Of a stretch of 61,249 nt of DNA, positions 48,816 to 59,207 are shown piece after piece; within the stretch, counting starts at the first letter, position 1, and every line of letters starts with the position of its first letter. The notes below the pieces were generated by a model, which was not told the DNA's origin, did not search any database, and saw only the letters and a list, made by a program, of their open reading frames with translations. The position numbers and the translations under genes are program-made. The DNA is taken from the NCBI GenBank assembly GCA_008373095.1, contig RQOP01000037.1, positions 1 through 61,249 of the forward strand, read 5' to 3'. The stretch is from SAR202 cluster bacterium (GTDB lineage Bacteria; Chloroflexota; Dehalococcoidia; Lucifugimonadales; UBA826).

Positions 48816-49544
48816 ATGAAATTTCATATCTTTACCCTTTTCCCCAACGTTTTTGAAAGCCCACTGGCAGAAGGTGTAGTAGGCCGTGCTCTAAAATCTG
48901 GCTTGATTGAGATAAAAATAAATAATATTAGAGACTACTCAACCAACAAGCATGGATCAGTTGACGATTATCCCTTCGGCGGTGGGCCTGGGATGTTGTT
49001 AAAACCCGAACCTATTTTTGAATCGATACGCTCGAAGGTACAAGACAAAACCATTAGTGAAGGTTCACCTTTGATTCTTTTATCTCCACAAGGAAGAAAA
49101 TTTAACCAAAAAGTAGCAAAGGAGCTTTCCCAAAAGGAAGAAATATCTTTGATATGTGGGCGATATGAGGGCTTTGATGAAAGAATTCGTTCAAACTTGG
49201 CTACGGATGAGATCAGTATCGGAGATTTCGTACTAAGCGGAGGGGAAATACCAGCAATTACTATCATTGATTCAGTATCACGTTTACTTCCGGGTGTTAT
49301 CAGCAGCATCGAGTCCGCAGAAAACGATTCATTTTTCAATGACTTATTGCAATATCCTCAATACACGAGACCGGCTAAATTTGAGGGATTAGAGGTGCCC
49401 AAAGTACTTTTATCAGGAAATCACTCTGAAATTGAAAAGTGGCGCCGACTAGAGTCTCTAAAGAAGACCAAAGACAGGAGACCAGATTTACTATCTAAAG
49501 CTCACCTTACCGAAGAGGAACAAAAATTTTTAGATAGCCTCTAA
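48816..49544 (+). CDS. trmD: tRNA (guanine37-N1)-methyltransferase
   Basis: VDDYPFGGGPGM, LSPQG, CGRYEGFDER, SIGDFVLSGGE, YPQYTRP. Confidence 0.96.
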   Translation: MKFHIFTLFPNVFESPLAEGVVGRALKSGLIEIKINNIRDYSTNKHGSVDDYPFGGGPGMLLKPEPIFESIRSKVQDKTISEGSPLILLSPQGRKFNQKVAKELSQKEEISLICGRYEGFDERIRSNLATDEISIGDFVLSGGEIPAITIIDSVSRLLPGVISSIESAENDSFFNDLLQYPQYTRPAKFEGLEVPKVLLSGNHSEIEKWRRLESLKKTKDRRPDLLSKAHLTEEEQKFLDSL

Positions 49545-49640
49545 TAAAATAGAAAATCCTTAAATCTCAACAAGATATCTGCTATTGTTCTAATCGAAAT
49601 GTGTCAGATTAATACTTGCTAGTAGTAGGGAGACAGGTTC

Positions 49641-50555
49641 TTGATAGGTAAAGATTTTTTAACAGTCCATGATTTAGAACCTTCAGGTGTTTTGGACTTG
49701 GTGAAGAAAGCCAATTTAATGAAAACCGCTTCGCCACCCCAAGTCTTGGCGAATAAAACGGTAGCCTTACTGTTTGAAAAACCTTCTCTTAGAACTAGAG
49801 TTAGCTTTGAAGTAGGTGTTAAACAAATGGGAGGAACGTGTATATTCCTAAGTAATTCAGAGGTGGGATTAGGGATAAGAGAACCCGAATCAGATGTGGC
49901 AAAAGTCCTCGATCGACTCGTAGATTGTATAGTTGCAAGAGTTTTCTCTCACAGCAGTCTAGAAAAATTGGCTGCTAACACTGATCTTCCTGTCATAAAT
50001 GCCTTATCTGACAAAGGACATCCGTGCCAAGCAATGGGAGACTGTTTAACGATTTTTGAAAATAAAGGCACCTTAAGTAATTTGAAATTAGCCTTTATTG
50101 GAGATGGAAATAACATAGCTGGAAGCTTAGCCTTAGCATGCGCTGACGCAGGAATGGATTTTAGTCTCTCTTCCCCGGAAAAATATCAATTGCCCAATGA
50201 AATATGGCAGTCAGCGCAAAAAGTTTCGGCGGAAACAGGTAGTAAACTCCAATGGAGTACTGACCCAAAGGAAGCCATTCAAGATGCTGACGTCGTCTAT
50301 ACTGACGTATGGGTAAGCATGGGGGACGAAGAAGAAAGAGAAGAAAGACTAAACACCTTTGCCCCATACCAAGTCAATGAATCTCTAGTAGAATACGCCA
50401 AGCCTGACTTCCTGTTTATGCACGATATGCCAGCTCACAGAGGAGAGGAAATCTCAGAAGGCATGCTTGATCACAAAAACTCTGTGGTATATCAACAGGC
50501 TGAAAACAGACTTCACGCGCAGAAGGCCATTATGGCTGAATTGCTGTCAGGTTAG
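49641..50555 (+). CDS. argF: Ornithine carbamoyltransferase
   Basis: FEKPSLRTRVSF, HPCQ, GDGNN, YTDVWVSMG, HDMPAHRGEE, QAENRLH. Confidence 0.9.
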   Translation: MIGKDFLTVHDLEPSGVLDLVKKANLMKTASPPQVLANKTVALLFEKPSLRTRVSFEVGVKQMGGTCIFLSNSEVGLGIREPESDVAKVLDRLVDCIVARVFSHSSLEKLAANTDLPVINALSDKGHPCQAMGDCLTIFENKGTLSNLKLAFIGDGNNIAGSLALACADAGMDFSLSSPEKYQLPNEIWQSAQKVSAETGSKLQWSTDPKEAIQDADVVYTDVWVSMGDEEEREERLNTFAPYQVNESLVEYAKPDFLFMHDMPAHRGEEISEGMLDHKNSVVYQQAENRLHAQKAIMAELLSG

Positions 50556-50606
50556 AACTCCATTTTTCATTCCCATGCAAAAAAACTGCAAATTTAGGAT
50601 AAAAAT

Positions 50607-51956
50607 ATGGAAACAGAAAAAGGGCGGCTGCAAAAACCAACGGTTGCCATTGTTGGCAGGCCTAATGTAGGAAAATCCACACTATTTAACCGTCTAGTCG
50701 GACACAGAATTTCTATCGTTTCCGATTTGGCTGGAACGACTCGGGATAGGATCATTGCAGAAACAAATTGGTCTGATCATTCCTTTATTTTAGTAGATAC
50801 TGGAGGTTTGGAACTTTTCCCAGATGACGACATTTGGAATCAAGTGAAATCACAGATCCATTATGCAATCAATGAATGCGACGTTGTAATTTTCCTAGTA
50901 GACATATCGGATGGAATTACATCTAACGACCAAAATATCGTAGATACCATTCGCAAAACTGGTAAGCCAGTGGTAACAGTAGCCAGCAAAGCCGATAACG
51001 AAATACGGGATCAAATGGCCTCAGAATTATATTCACTGGGGATGGGAGATCCTGTACCCATTAGTGCCTACCACAACCGAGGTTTGGATGATCTAATGGA
51101 TAGAGTAGTAGCTCATTTCCCAGAGAATAAGTCTTTCCCAGAACCTGAAGCCGACCTCGGTTTAGCTATTGTCGGGCGTACAAACGTTGGTAAATCGATG
51201 CTAATTAACTCCCTATCTGGAGAGAACAGAGCAATTGTCAGCGATATAGCAGGCACCACTCGAGACAGTCTGGATTCAGTAATAAAACACAAAGATATGG
51301 ATATCCAGTTAGTAGACACAGCTGGTATACGACGCAGAGGACAAATTGATTACGGAATTGAAAGTTATAGTGTTCTGCGTTCGATCCAAGCCATAGATCG
51401 CTGCGATGTAGCTGCCCTCGTAATTGATGCTTCGGAATTTGCAACTGCCCAGGATACCCATGTAGCCAACTACATCCTCGAAGCACACAAAGGCATTGTA
51501 ATCCTAGTTAATAAATGGGATTTATCAAATCAACTGGATACTAACCAGCAGGACATGGCCAATCAAGTACGAGCAAAATTCAAATTCATCCAATACGCCC
51601 CAATTTGTTTTACTTCAGGTCTGACAGGAGCAGGTATTGAAAATATGTTGGATATTGTTACCAAAATACAATCTGAGAGATCAAAAATTATCCCCCGAGC
51701 AAAGGTACGAAGAACGATTTTAACTGCAGTTGCAAATCATCCACCTCCAATACAAGGCAAAAGAGAATTAAAAATATATAGTGCTATGCAAGATGGTACC
51801 AGCCCACCAAGTTTTACTTTTTTTGTAAATCATCCCGATATGATTCATTTTTCATACAAACGCTATATGGAAAATAGTTTACGCGAAGATTTTGGGTTTG
51901 AAGGAAGCCCGTTAAGAATGCGGTTCAGAGGCAGAGGTAGAAATACTGAAACATGA
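50607..51956 (+). CDS. der: Ribosome biogenesis GTPase Der
   Basis: Two GTPase domains (GRPNVGKS, GRTNVGKS; DTGG/DTAG) and a KH-like C-terminus. Confidence 0.96.
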   Translation: METEKGRLQKPTVAIVGRPNVGKSTLFNRLVGHRISIVSDLAGTTRDRIIAETNWSDHSFILVDTGGLELFPDDDIWNQVKSQIHYAINECDVVIFLVDISDGITSNDQNIVDTIRKTGKPVVTVASKADNEIRDQMASELYSLGMGDPVPISAYHNRGLDDLMDRVVAHFPENKSFPEPEADLGLAIVGRTNVGKSMLINSLSGENRAIVSDIAGTTRDSLDSVIKHKDMDIQLVDTAGIRRRGQIDYGIESYSVLRSIQAIDRCDVAALVIDASEFATAQDTHVANYILEAHKGIVILVNKWDLSNQLDTNQQDMANQVRAKFKFIQYAPICFTSGLTGAGIENMLDIVTKIQSERSKIIPRAKVRRTILTAVANHPPPIQGKRELKIYSAMQDGTSPPSFTFFVNHPDMIHFSYKRYMENSLREDFGFEGSPLRMRFRGRGRNTET

Positions 51957-52579
51957 ACATCTACCTAACAGGCACAGCTTTTATTATTTTTGGTTACTTA
52001 CTGGGTTCTGTATCCTTTGGACTTATCATTGCAAGAATTGTCAAAGGAATTGATATCAGACAGTTTGCAAGTGGGAGCACTGGAGCAACCAATGTAATGC
52101 GGGCATGTGGTTGGCCTTGGGGCATATTAGCCATGGCTCTGGATATGTTTAAAGCTGCAGTACCATTATTTATTGTGCTATATATCCATGACTTTGGAAT
52201 ACCGATTTGGACGCATCCCATGATCGGACTATCGGCAATTTTAGGACACATATGGCCAATATTTACAAATTTTCGAGGAGGAAAAGGAATAGCTTCCGGG
52301 TGGTCAGCTCTAATTGTCTTATCTCCTTTATCAGGTCTAATAGTCTGTTTCTGTTCTTTCCCATTTATGATACTTACCAGGTACGTATCCCTAGGATCCA
52401 TAATTGGTTCCCTTTCCGGTGGCTTGACACTCACCGTCTTATCGATCTTGGGTTTTTGTGATCCTTCCTATTGTGTATTTGGTATAGGGGGGTCCGCTCT
52501 AACAATATGGAAACATAGAGATAATATAAATCGTTTGCTAAATGGCACTGAAAGAAAAGTTGGCCTTAATAATGACTGA
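51953..52579 (+). CDS. plsY: Glycerol-3-phosphate acyltransferase
   Basis: YLLGS, SGSTGATNVMR, GHIWPIF..FRGGKG, HRDNINRL..GTE. Confidence 0.94.
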   Translation: MNIYLTGTAFIIFGYLLGSVSFGLIIARIVKGIDIRQFASGSTGATNVMRACGWPWGILAMALDMFKAAVPLFIVLYIHDFGIPIWTHPMIGLSAILGHIWPIFTNFRGGKGIASGWSALIVLSPLSGLIVCFCSFPFMILTRYVSLGSIIGSLSGGLTLTVLSILGFCDPSYCVFGIGGSALTIWKHRDNINRLLNGTERKVGLNND

Positions 52580-52605
52580 ATTAACGGGTCTTCTAAAATA
52601 AATTT

Positions 52606-53607
52606 ATGGATCAAATAACAATTGTAGGTTCAACCACATGGGGCACCACTCTAGCCATAATTAATTCTATGGAAGGTAAGGACGTTGTTCTTTTGGTCAG
52701 AACTGAAAAAGAATCAGACATGCTAAACAAAAACCGAGAAAATAAAAGGTTCCTACCTGGAATTTTTCTACCAGAGAAGCTAAAAATATCATCCGATACC
52801 CAAAATTTTATTCCTAGAACCACCTTACTTTTAATAGCTGTTCCGTCACAAACTTTAAGACAAAATGTTAGGGCTATGTCAACTTACATTTCTGATTCTA
52901 CAATCGTTGTAAGTGCCTCAAAGGGATTGGAAGCAAGTTCTGGAATGCGAATGACAGAAATCATAAAAGAAGAGGTGCCAACTCTATCATCTGACAACAT
53001 ATGTGCTCTCTCTGGACCAAATTTATCGGACGAAATCCTGGCAGGGAAACCATCTTCATCCGTCATTGCGTCAAACAATGCCTCAACGGCAAAATATGCT
53101 CAATCTTTACTTAATTGTTCCTATCTTCGTCTGTACACAAACTTGGATCTGACAGGAGTTGAAATATGTGGAGCTCTGAAAAATATTACTGCTATAGCAG
53201 CTGGGATATGTGATGGCCTCGATCTAGGAGACAATGCAAAAGCTAGCATTATTACTAGAGGGCTTGCAGAAATGGCCCGTTTTGGCCATTCACTAGGTGC
53301 TGAACCATCTACTTTTTCAGGGTTAGCAGGAATGGGAGACCTTATAGCAACGTGTTCCTCAGGACTAAGCCGAAATAACAAGGTGGGTAGAATGCTAGCA
53401 AAAAATATACCCTTGGAAGAGATCAAAAGAAATATGGATAACGTTGCAGAAGGAATTGAGACAACCAAAGCAGTGGTAGCCATGTCCAATAAACTAAATA
53501 TAGATTTACCAATCGCCAATGCTGTATATAACATCCTATTTGATGAGGTGTCGGTCGAAAATGCCGGGGCAGAACTCATGGGCAGAACATTAACTTCGGA
53601 AAACTAG
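52606..53607 (+). CDS. gpsA: NAD(P)H-dependent glycerol-3-phosphate dehydrogenase
   Basis: GSTTWGT, SKGLE, LSGPN, GALKN, GLAGMGDL..TC..SRN, VAEG. Confidence 0.94.
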   Translation: MDQITIVGSTTWGTTLAIINSMEGKDVVLLVRTEKESDMLNKNRENKRFLPGIFLPEKLKISSDTQNFIPRTTLLLIAVPSQTLRQNVRAMSTYISDSTIVVSASKGLEASSGMRMTEIIKEEVPTLSSDNICALSGPNLSDEILAGKPSSSVIASNNASTAKYAQSLLNCSYLRLYTNLDLTGVEICGALKNITAIAAGICDGLDLGDNAKASIITRGLAEMARFGHSLGAEPSTFSGLAGMGDLIATCSSGLSRNNKVGRMLAKNIPLEEIKRNMDNVAEGIETTKAVVAMSNKLNIDLPIANAVYNILFDEVSVENAGAELMGRTLTSEN

Positions 53608-53634
53608 ATTATATAATTGGAATTTTTTCTTAAT

Positions 53635-54372
53635 TCACATAGCTTTGAATTCGTATAAAACGGACACTGCCGCAACAATACCAGCGGTTTCAGCCCTTAA
53701 AATTCTCCCACCTAAAGAAACTGAAATGGCACCATTTTCTACTGCATCAGATACTTCTTGCGATGTGAATCCTCCAACCGGACCGATAACTATATCAACA
53801 CTTGACCCCTTCATTGACTGATTCTGATGCAACTCAGACAAAATCGCAGCAATACTTCCCTTTTTTTCCTCCTCCCATGGAATCAAAGCAACTGGGCTAA
53901 GATTCGCAATCAGGTTAGAAAACTCTATCGTTTGGGAAAGTTCAGGAACTAAGGACCTACCACTCTGTTCCGAAGCTTCTTTAATTATTCGTTCCCACCG
54001 AGTTATTTTAGAATCCCCTGGATTGGAAAATTCTGTCCGTTCGCATGTGAACGGAACAAATTTTGAAATCCCAACCTCAACTCCCTTTTGTAGGGCATAT
54101 TCATACCGTTCAGGTCTTATCAAGGCTTGATAGAGAGTTATGAAAATCTCTGGTTCCTTAAGACCATTAACAGTGGAGATCACGGAACCAACGCTATTGT
54201 TGGTGTCCACAACCTCCAATATAACCTTATAATCAACTCCATCTCCGTTAAATACAATAACTTCATCCCCTATCCTTAAACGTAATACCCTTTTTATTTG
54301 CGAAGAGATGTCGTTTGGAAAATAAACAGCATTATTTTGTATTGCAGATGAATCTAAATAAAACCTGTGCAT
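53635..54372 (-). CDS. rsmE: 16S rRNA (uracil-1498-N3)-methyltransferase
   Basis: MHRFY, VLRL, EASEQSGR, IGPVGGF, LGGRILRAETA. Confidence 0.93.
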   Translation of the reverse strand: MHRFYLDSSAIQNNAVYFPNDISSQIKRVLRLRIGDEVIVFNGDGVDYKVILEVVDTNNSVGSVISTVNGLKEPEIFITLYQALIRPERYEYALQKGVEVGISKFVPFTCERTEFSNPGDSKITRWERIIKEASEQSGRSLVPELSQTIEFSNLIANLSPVALIPWEEEKKGSIAAILSELHQNQSMKGSSVDIVIGPVGGFTSQEVSDAVENGAISVSLGGRILRAETAGIVAAVSVLYEFKAM

Positions 54373-54395
54373 AAAACCTCAATATGTCACATATT

Positions 54396-55313
54396 TTATG
54401 GATCTGTATATATTGTTTTAGTGGCTAACACAGCGGTCCAATCACCATCAACAAGAATTTTATCGAACCTTACACCTTGCATTAAATAGCATTTTTCAAC
54501 ATCATCTAGAGAGCTTTCCAAAATACCAGACAGTACCAATTTACCACCATCTACAACTGCACTAGAAATATATTCTGATAAATCCACAATGACTTTGGCG
54601 GCAATATTTGCAACAGCTACGTCATATGCTGATTTTTCAACTTCAATTTCGGGAAAAGATCCATTCAATACCGTCACCTGAGAAGAGATATCATTCAGTT
54701 CACAGTTTTCCAACGCAATACCTACTGAACGCTCCTCAGTTTCAACACCTAGTACCTCTTGTGCACCCAATTTCACCGCCGATATTGCGAGAATTCCGGA
54801 ACCACATCCAACATCAATAACCTTCTCACCACCACTTATCAGTGTTTCTAGAAGTTCCATACACATCCTAGTAGTAGGATGATGGCCAGTACCAAATGCC
54901 ATTCCCGGGTCCAATTTTATAAGTACATCACCGTCTGTAACCTTATGCGTTCTCCAAGTGGGACATATCACCAAATTAGACCCCACTCGAATCGGATGAA
55001 AATGCTCTTTCCAGTTAGATTCCCAATCTTCCTCTTCAACTTCTCGCTCTTTTATCTCAGATATTTGAGCGAAATGCGCTACCAACTTTACAGCGACATC
55101 AATGTTTGATCTTCGTTCTCTAGCTGATTCATCCAAAGGAATAAAGGTGACAACCTTAACCGTCGCTGGAACAGGAGGGATTTCCCCTTCATCTGGATTG
55201 AACTCCGCAGGGCTTTCTATCGCTACTCCACCTTCGCCATATCTATAAAAAATGTGCGTCAATGGCTCCACATATTCAGGAGGAGCCTCAACACTTAGCT
55301 CAAGCCATTTCAA
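54396..55313 (-). CDS. prmA: Ribosomal protein L11 methyltransferase
   Basis: DW...[36 protein letters not shown]. Confidence 0.94.
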   Translation of the reverse strand: MKWLELSVEAPPEYVEPLTHIFYRYGEGGVAIESPAEFNPDEGEIPPVPATVKVVTFIPLDESARERRSNIDVAVKLVAHFAQISEIKEREVEEEDWESNWKEHFHPIRVGSNLVICPTWRTHKVTDGDVLIKLDPGMAFGTGHHPTTRMCMELLETLISGGEKVIDVGCGSGILAISAVKLGAQEVLGVETEERSVGIALENCELNDISSQVTVLNGSFPEIEVEKSAYDVAVANIAAKVIVDLSEYISSAVVDGGKLVLSGILESSLDDVEKCYLMQGVRFDKILVDGDWTAVLATKTIYTDP

Positions 55314-56452
55314 TTCGTAAATGCACTTCTGAACTTATCAAATATACCTCTATCTTCCTCATCGTCAAAAACATCAGGTAAAGATTTAGCGAGCTCGGTC
55401 ATTAACTCTTCTTGTTTAGAATCCAACTTTTTGGGTATTCTCACATCGATTAATACCAACAAATCTCCCCTTCTATCACCTCTGAGCTGAGCCACCCCTC
55501 TACCTCTGACTCTAAAAATCCGGCCGGTTTGTGTTCCTGGAGGAATTTCGATTTCGTGTGCTCCATCTAGAGTAGGCACTTCAATTTTAGTGCCCAGAGA
55601 AGCTTGAGCTATATTTATTGCCAACCTATATTTTATATTTATACCATCTCTTACAAAATATTCATGATCGTTAATTTTGAATGCGACATATAAATCACCT
55701 GGAGGTCCTCCATTAATTCCGTGCTCCCCCTCTCCTGTCAACCTAACCTGAGTATCTTCTTCTATACCTGCAGGTATAGTAATAGCGAGTTTTCTGTTTT
55801 TTCTTTCTCTACCTTGACCATTACAAGATGCGCAAGGATCAGAAATAATCTTTCCTGAACCTCTACATTTACTGCAATCACCAACCTGAACAAACTGCCC
55901 AAACACACTTTGTTGAGCTTTTCTTACTTGGCCAGAGCCTTGGCAAGTGCCACAGGTGGCTATTGAACTACCTGGTTCACTTTTGGAACCTCTACATCTA
56001 CTGCAAGATTCTGTGCGATGAATTTGAAATTCCTTTTCAGCCCCAAATATAGCTTCCTCAAATTCAACAGACATCGTGTATTGGAGATCTGAGCCTCTCC
56101 TTGCTGAACTTCTCGAGTTGGAGGATCTCCCAAACCCAGAACCTCCAAAAAAGGAGTCGAAAATATCTCCGAACCCGGATACGTCTCCGAATCCTGAGAA
56201 CCCACCATTTCCACCTGAAGCTGACCCTAATCCTGCATGGCCAAACCTATCATATTGTGCTCTTTTTTCTTTGTCGGATAGAACCTGGTAGGCTTCGTTA
56301 ACTTCCTTAAATTTATCTTCCGCTCCGGCCTCTTTGTTTCTATCGGGATGATATTTAAAGGCTAGTTTTCTAAACGCCTTTTTCAAATCATCGTCACTTG
56401 AGCTACGCGGAACCCCAAGGACTTCGTAATAATCTCTTTTTTGTGTAGTCAT
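55310..56452 (-). CDS. dnaJ: Chaperone DnaJ
   Basis: J-domain with HPD, G/F-rich region, four CxxCxGxG-type zinc repeats, C-terminal domain. Confidence 0.96.
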   Translation of the reverse strand: MTTQKRDYYEVLGVPRSSSDDDLKKAFRKLAFKYHPDRNKEAGAEDKFKEVNEAYQVLSDKEKRAQYDRFGHAGLGSASGGNGGFSGFGDVSGFGDIFDSFFGGSGFGRSSNSRSSARRGSDLQYTMSVEFEEAIFGAEKEFQIHRTESCSRCRGSKSEPGSSIATCGTCQGSGQVRKAQQSVFGQFVQVGDCSKCRGSGKIISDPCASCNGQGRERKNRKLAITIPAGIEEDTQVRLTGEGEHGINGGPPGDLYVAFKINDHEYFVRDGINIKYRLAINIAQASLGTKIEVPTLDGAHEIEIPPGTQTGRIFRVRGRGVAQLRGDRRGDLLVLIDVRIPKKLDSKQEELMTELAKSLPDVFDDEEDRGIFDKFRSAFTN

Positions 56453-56579
56453 GAAATAAATATATTTCCGAAAATCTCAATTCTCAAGATGAAAATTTCT
56501 TAGTATCAATTATGTCTATCATATGAAGCCAATAAATTATAACCCAGCCTTTTAAGATGTAGGTAAATAAAATAAATTT

Positions 56580-57461
56580 TCATATGCTTCTACAGGCGGC
56601 ATTCAAAGTATTTTGCAATAACATAGCTATGGTCATAGGACCAACCCCTCCTGGAACAGGTGTAATTGCAGACGCTTTTTTAGATACTTCGTCAAAAGCA
56701 ATATCACCAGTCAAGCGATACCCGCGAGGACGACTATTGTCTTCGACGCGATTCACACCTACATCTATAGCTACAACACCGTCAGAAACCATCTCCTGAG
56801 TAACAAAGTGCGGTATTCCAATAGCTGCCACTAAAACATCTGCTGACCGGGTGATTTCTTCCAAGTTATTAGTCCTACTATGGCACAGAGTTACTGTGGC
56901 ATCGCCACCTCGGTCTTTTAAGGAAAGCAAATTGGACAGTGGCTTCCCAACTATATTGCTTCTTCCCAATATAACGACATGTTTACCCTTTGGATCATTA
57001 TTCGATCTCAGAAGCATTTCCTTTATACCGGAGGGAGTAGCCGGTACAAATCGAGGGGAACCCATCGACAAAAGTCCTACATTTTTAGGATGAAGGCCAT
57101 CCACATCCTTATCAGGGTCTATTGATGCAAGAATCTCATTCTCATCTAAGTGAGCGGGCAATGGTAACTGAACAAGTATTCCATGGCAGTTATCATCACT
57201 GTTCAAGGCTTCAATCTCTGAGAGTAACTCTGTCTTGGTAGTAGATCCAGGTAAATTAACGATAGTGCTACACATGCCTGCATCCATAGCGGAACTTCTT
57301 TTGTTACGTACATATACCTTGGAAGCTGGATCATCTCCAACAAGTATCACTGTCAAACCCGGCTTTATAGAATGTTCTCTAATTAATGCGCTAACTGACT
57401 CTTTGATTTCAATTTTTATGGAGTCAGATATGGCTTTTCCATCGATAAGTTTGTATGTCAT
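56580..57461 (-). CDS. folD: Methylenetetrahydrofolate dehydrogenase/cyclohydrolase
   Basis: IDGK, YVRNK, GILVQLPLP, KDVDGLH, GRSNIVGKP, TPVPGGVGPMT. Confidence 0.96.
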   Translation of the reverse strand: MTYKLIDGKAISDSIKIEIKESVSALIREHSIKPGLTVILVGDDPASKVYVRNKRSSAMDAGMCSTIVNLPGSTTKTELLSEIEALNSDDNCHGILVQLPLPAHLDENEILASIDPDKDVDGLHPKNVGLLSMGSPRFVPATPSGIKEMLLRSNNDPKGKHVVILGRSNIVGKPLSNLLSLKDRGGDATVTLCHSRTNNLEEITRSADVLVAAIGIPHFVTQEMVSDGVVAIDVGVNRVEDNSRPRGYRLTGDIAFDEVSKKASAITPVPGGVGPMTIAMLLQNTLNAACRSI

Positions 57462-57555
57462 AAATATAAGCTTAAGTGGTCATGAAATTAATGAATACAC
57501 TATTATACCCATACAGAATCGAACAACCTTAATTAGTGCTCAGGAAATAGTAGCT

Positions 57556-57948
57556 ATGCTTATCACGGGAACAGACATAATCGAGATAGCACGAATTGGA
57601 AAGGTACTAGACAAATATGGCTCTAGGTTTTTGAATCGTATCTATACCCAGGATGAACAAAAATACTGCAGAGGAAGGGCACCTCAATTGGCCTCAAGGT
57701 TTGCTGCGAAAGAAGCGGTTATGAAGGCACTGGGTACTGGGGTAAGAGGTGTTGGATGGAAGGATATAGAGATCATAAGAGAAAGAGGTGGCGCTCCATA
57801 TATCCAGCTTCACGGTAGGGCGCAAACAAGGGCTTCAAGAATGGACCTTTCAGATATCTCTATCTCTCTATCTCATTCAAATGATTTTGCCATAGCTACG
57901 GTGGTTGGTGAGGCTACTGAAGGAAACAGACTACCACGACATAACTAA
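57556..57948 (+). CDS. acpS: Holo-[acyl-carrier-protein] synthase
   Basis: GTDIIEIARI, RFAAKEAVMKALGTG, ISLSH; start reassigned to the ATG at 57556 (AGGA SD). Confidence 0.93.
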   Translation: MLITGTDIIEIARIGKVLDKYGSRFLNRIYTQDEQKYCRGRAPQLASRFAAKEAVMKALGTGVRGVGWKDIEIIRERGGAPYIQLHGRAQTRASRMDLSDISISLSHSNDFAIATVVGEATEGNRLPRHN

Positions 57949-57975
57949 CTTAGCCTTCTAATTTGGTACGGAAGT

Positions 57976-58650
57976 TTATCTACTCTGGTCTCTTATATAC
58001 TGAACCAAATGCCATCTTTGCTCTTCGGTCAATAGATATCCAAATTGAGGCATAATAGCGGTAGATTCCTTTTCTCTTGCTGCCGCTGCCAACCCTGGCC
58101 TACCGCCCCAAGTGATGTATCCGAAGATTTCTCCATCGCTCAGAGAAGTAACCCTTTCTGACACCAAGTTTACCGGGATAGCACCATCATATACTTTGCT
58201 TCCATCCCCCCGAGCACTATTCAATGTAGTGATCGGGCCATCTCCCAGCAGAGTCTGTCCGTGACACACCTGGCAATTGACTGCATATACTCTGGCGGAC
58301 TCTACGGCATCATAAGAACCTGAGTGAACTTGTCCGTCCAATGTTTTGAGTTTATCTATATCAAGAACTTTCACTTCAGCACCTGTAATAGGAACTGATC
58401 CTTCTGGAGGCAGAATTCTAGGAACTTCTTGAGAGCGATAAGCCGGTGAGTAGTGCATCTCGGAAAATATTTGTACTGCGTGTGAACCTGTTTTTGGGAA
58501 TACCGGCAAATCAAAGGTTATTGCACCACCAACTTTGACCTCTCCAGTTTTGGTGTTGTAACACCCAGAACTGACCAGAAGTATCAAAAGAAAAGCTGCA
58601 ATTATGACAACAGGTCTGGCGCGTCTTATGTTTAAAGCATTGATAGGCAT
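57976..58650 (-). CDS. actE: Monoheme c-type cytochrome lipoprotein, alternative complex III ActE-like
   Basis: Lipobox-like VSSGC, CQVCH heme motif, distal Met in AIMP, context after actC-actD. Confidence 0.75.
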   Translation of the reverse strand: MPINALNIRRARPVVIIAAFLLILLVSSGCYNTKTGEVKVGGAITFDLPVFPKTGSHAVQIFSEMHYSPAYRSQEVPRILPPEGSVPITGAEVKVLDIDKLKTLDGQVHSGSYDAVESARVYAVNCQVCHGQTLLGDGPITTLNSARGDGSKVYDGAIPVNLVSERVTSLSDGEIFGYITWGGRPGLAAAAREKESTAIMPQFGYLLTEEQRWHLVQYIRDQSR

Positions 58651-58667
58651 ATATGAATTCTCTTTGA

Positions 58668-59183
58668 TTACTCCCAACCTCTTATAATGTCCCCATCTGC
58701 CCCTGCCTTATTCAAAGCCGTTTCTGCTGCGTCCGTGCGAGTTTCATCAGTCGTAACAGTAACACCTATATGACCTTCAGTAATTTTCTCGCTGTAAGCT
58801 CCCATAAATATTCTCGGAAGTCGTGATTCGAAAATAATCCCAATGATAGTAAATATTATGGCCCCGAGCATAGATCCTTCATACATAATAATGGCCATGG
58901 CCGGGATAGATAAAATTGGCTTACCTCCCGTTATCAATGGATATGCCAATTCAGTACCAGCCGTTATCAGCAATGCTATAGTGAAGCCACAAATAGCGCC
59001 TATTAACGGCCACCTGTATAGATTGTGTTCTGGCTCCGCTTCCCCAAAGGTACCTTCAGGGTAAGGAACTCCAGTGAGTATTTCATACTCTCCTTCTTCA
59101 AATCCGGCCTCTCTAAGATTATCCAAAGCATCAGCAGCGGAATCCTCTTCAGTATATAGACCTAATACACTTCTTTTTGCCAT
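58668..59183 (-). CDS. actD: Alternative complex III subunit D (DUF3341)
   Basis: Two TM helices around YPLITGGKP, IIMYE; follows actC. Confidence 0.8.
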   Translation of the reverse strand: MAKRSVLGLYTEEDSAADALDNLREAGFEEGEYEILTGVPYPEGTFGEAEPEHNLYRWPLIGAICGFTIALLITAGTELAYPLITGGKPILSIPAMAIIMYEGSMLGAIIFTIIGIIFESRLPRIFMGAYSEKITEGHIGVTVTTDETRTDAAETALNKAGADGDIIRGWE

Positions 59184-59207
59184 AACAAATACTCTCTAAA
59201 ACTGCCT

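Noticed and set aside
57235-57555. Long N-terminal extension of AcpS in the ORF track
   Set aside because: It overlaps folD antisense; AcpS homology and an SD begin at the ATG at 57556
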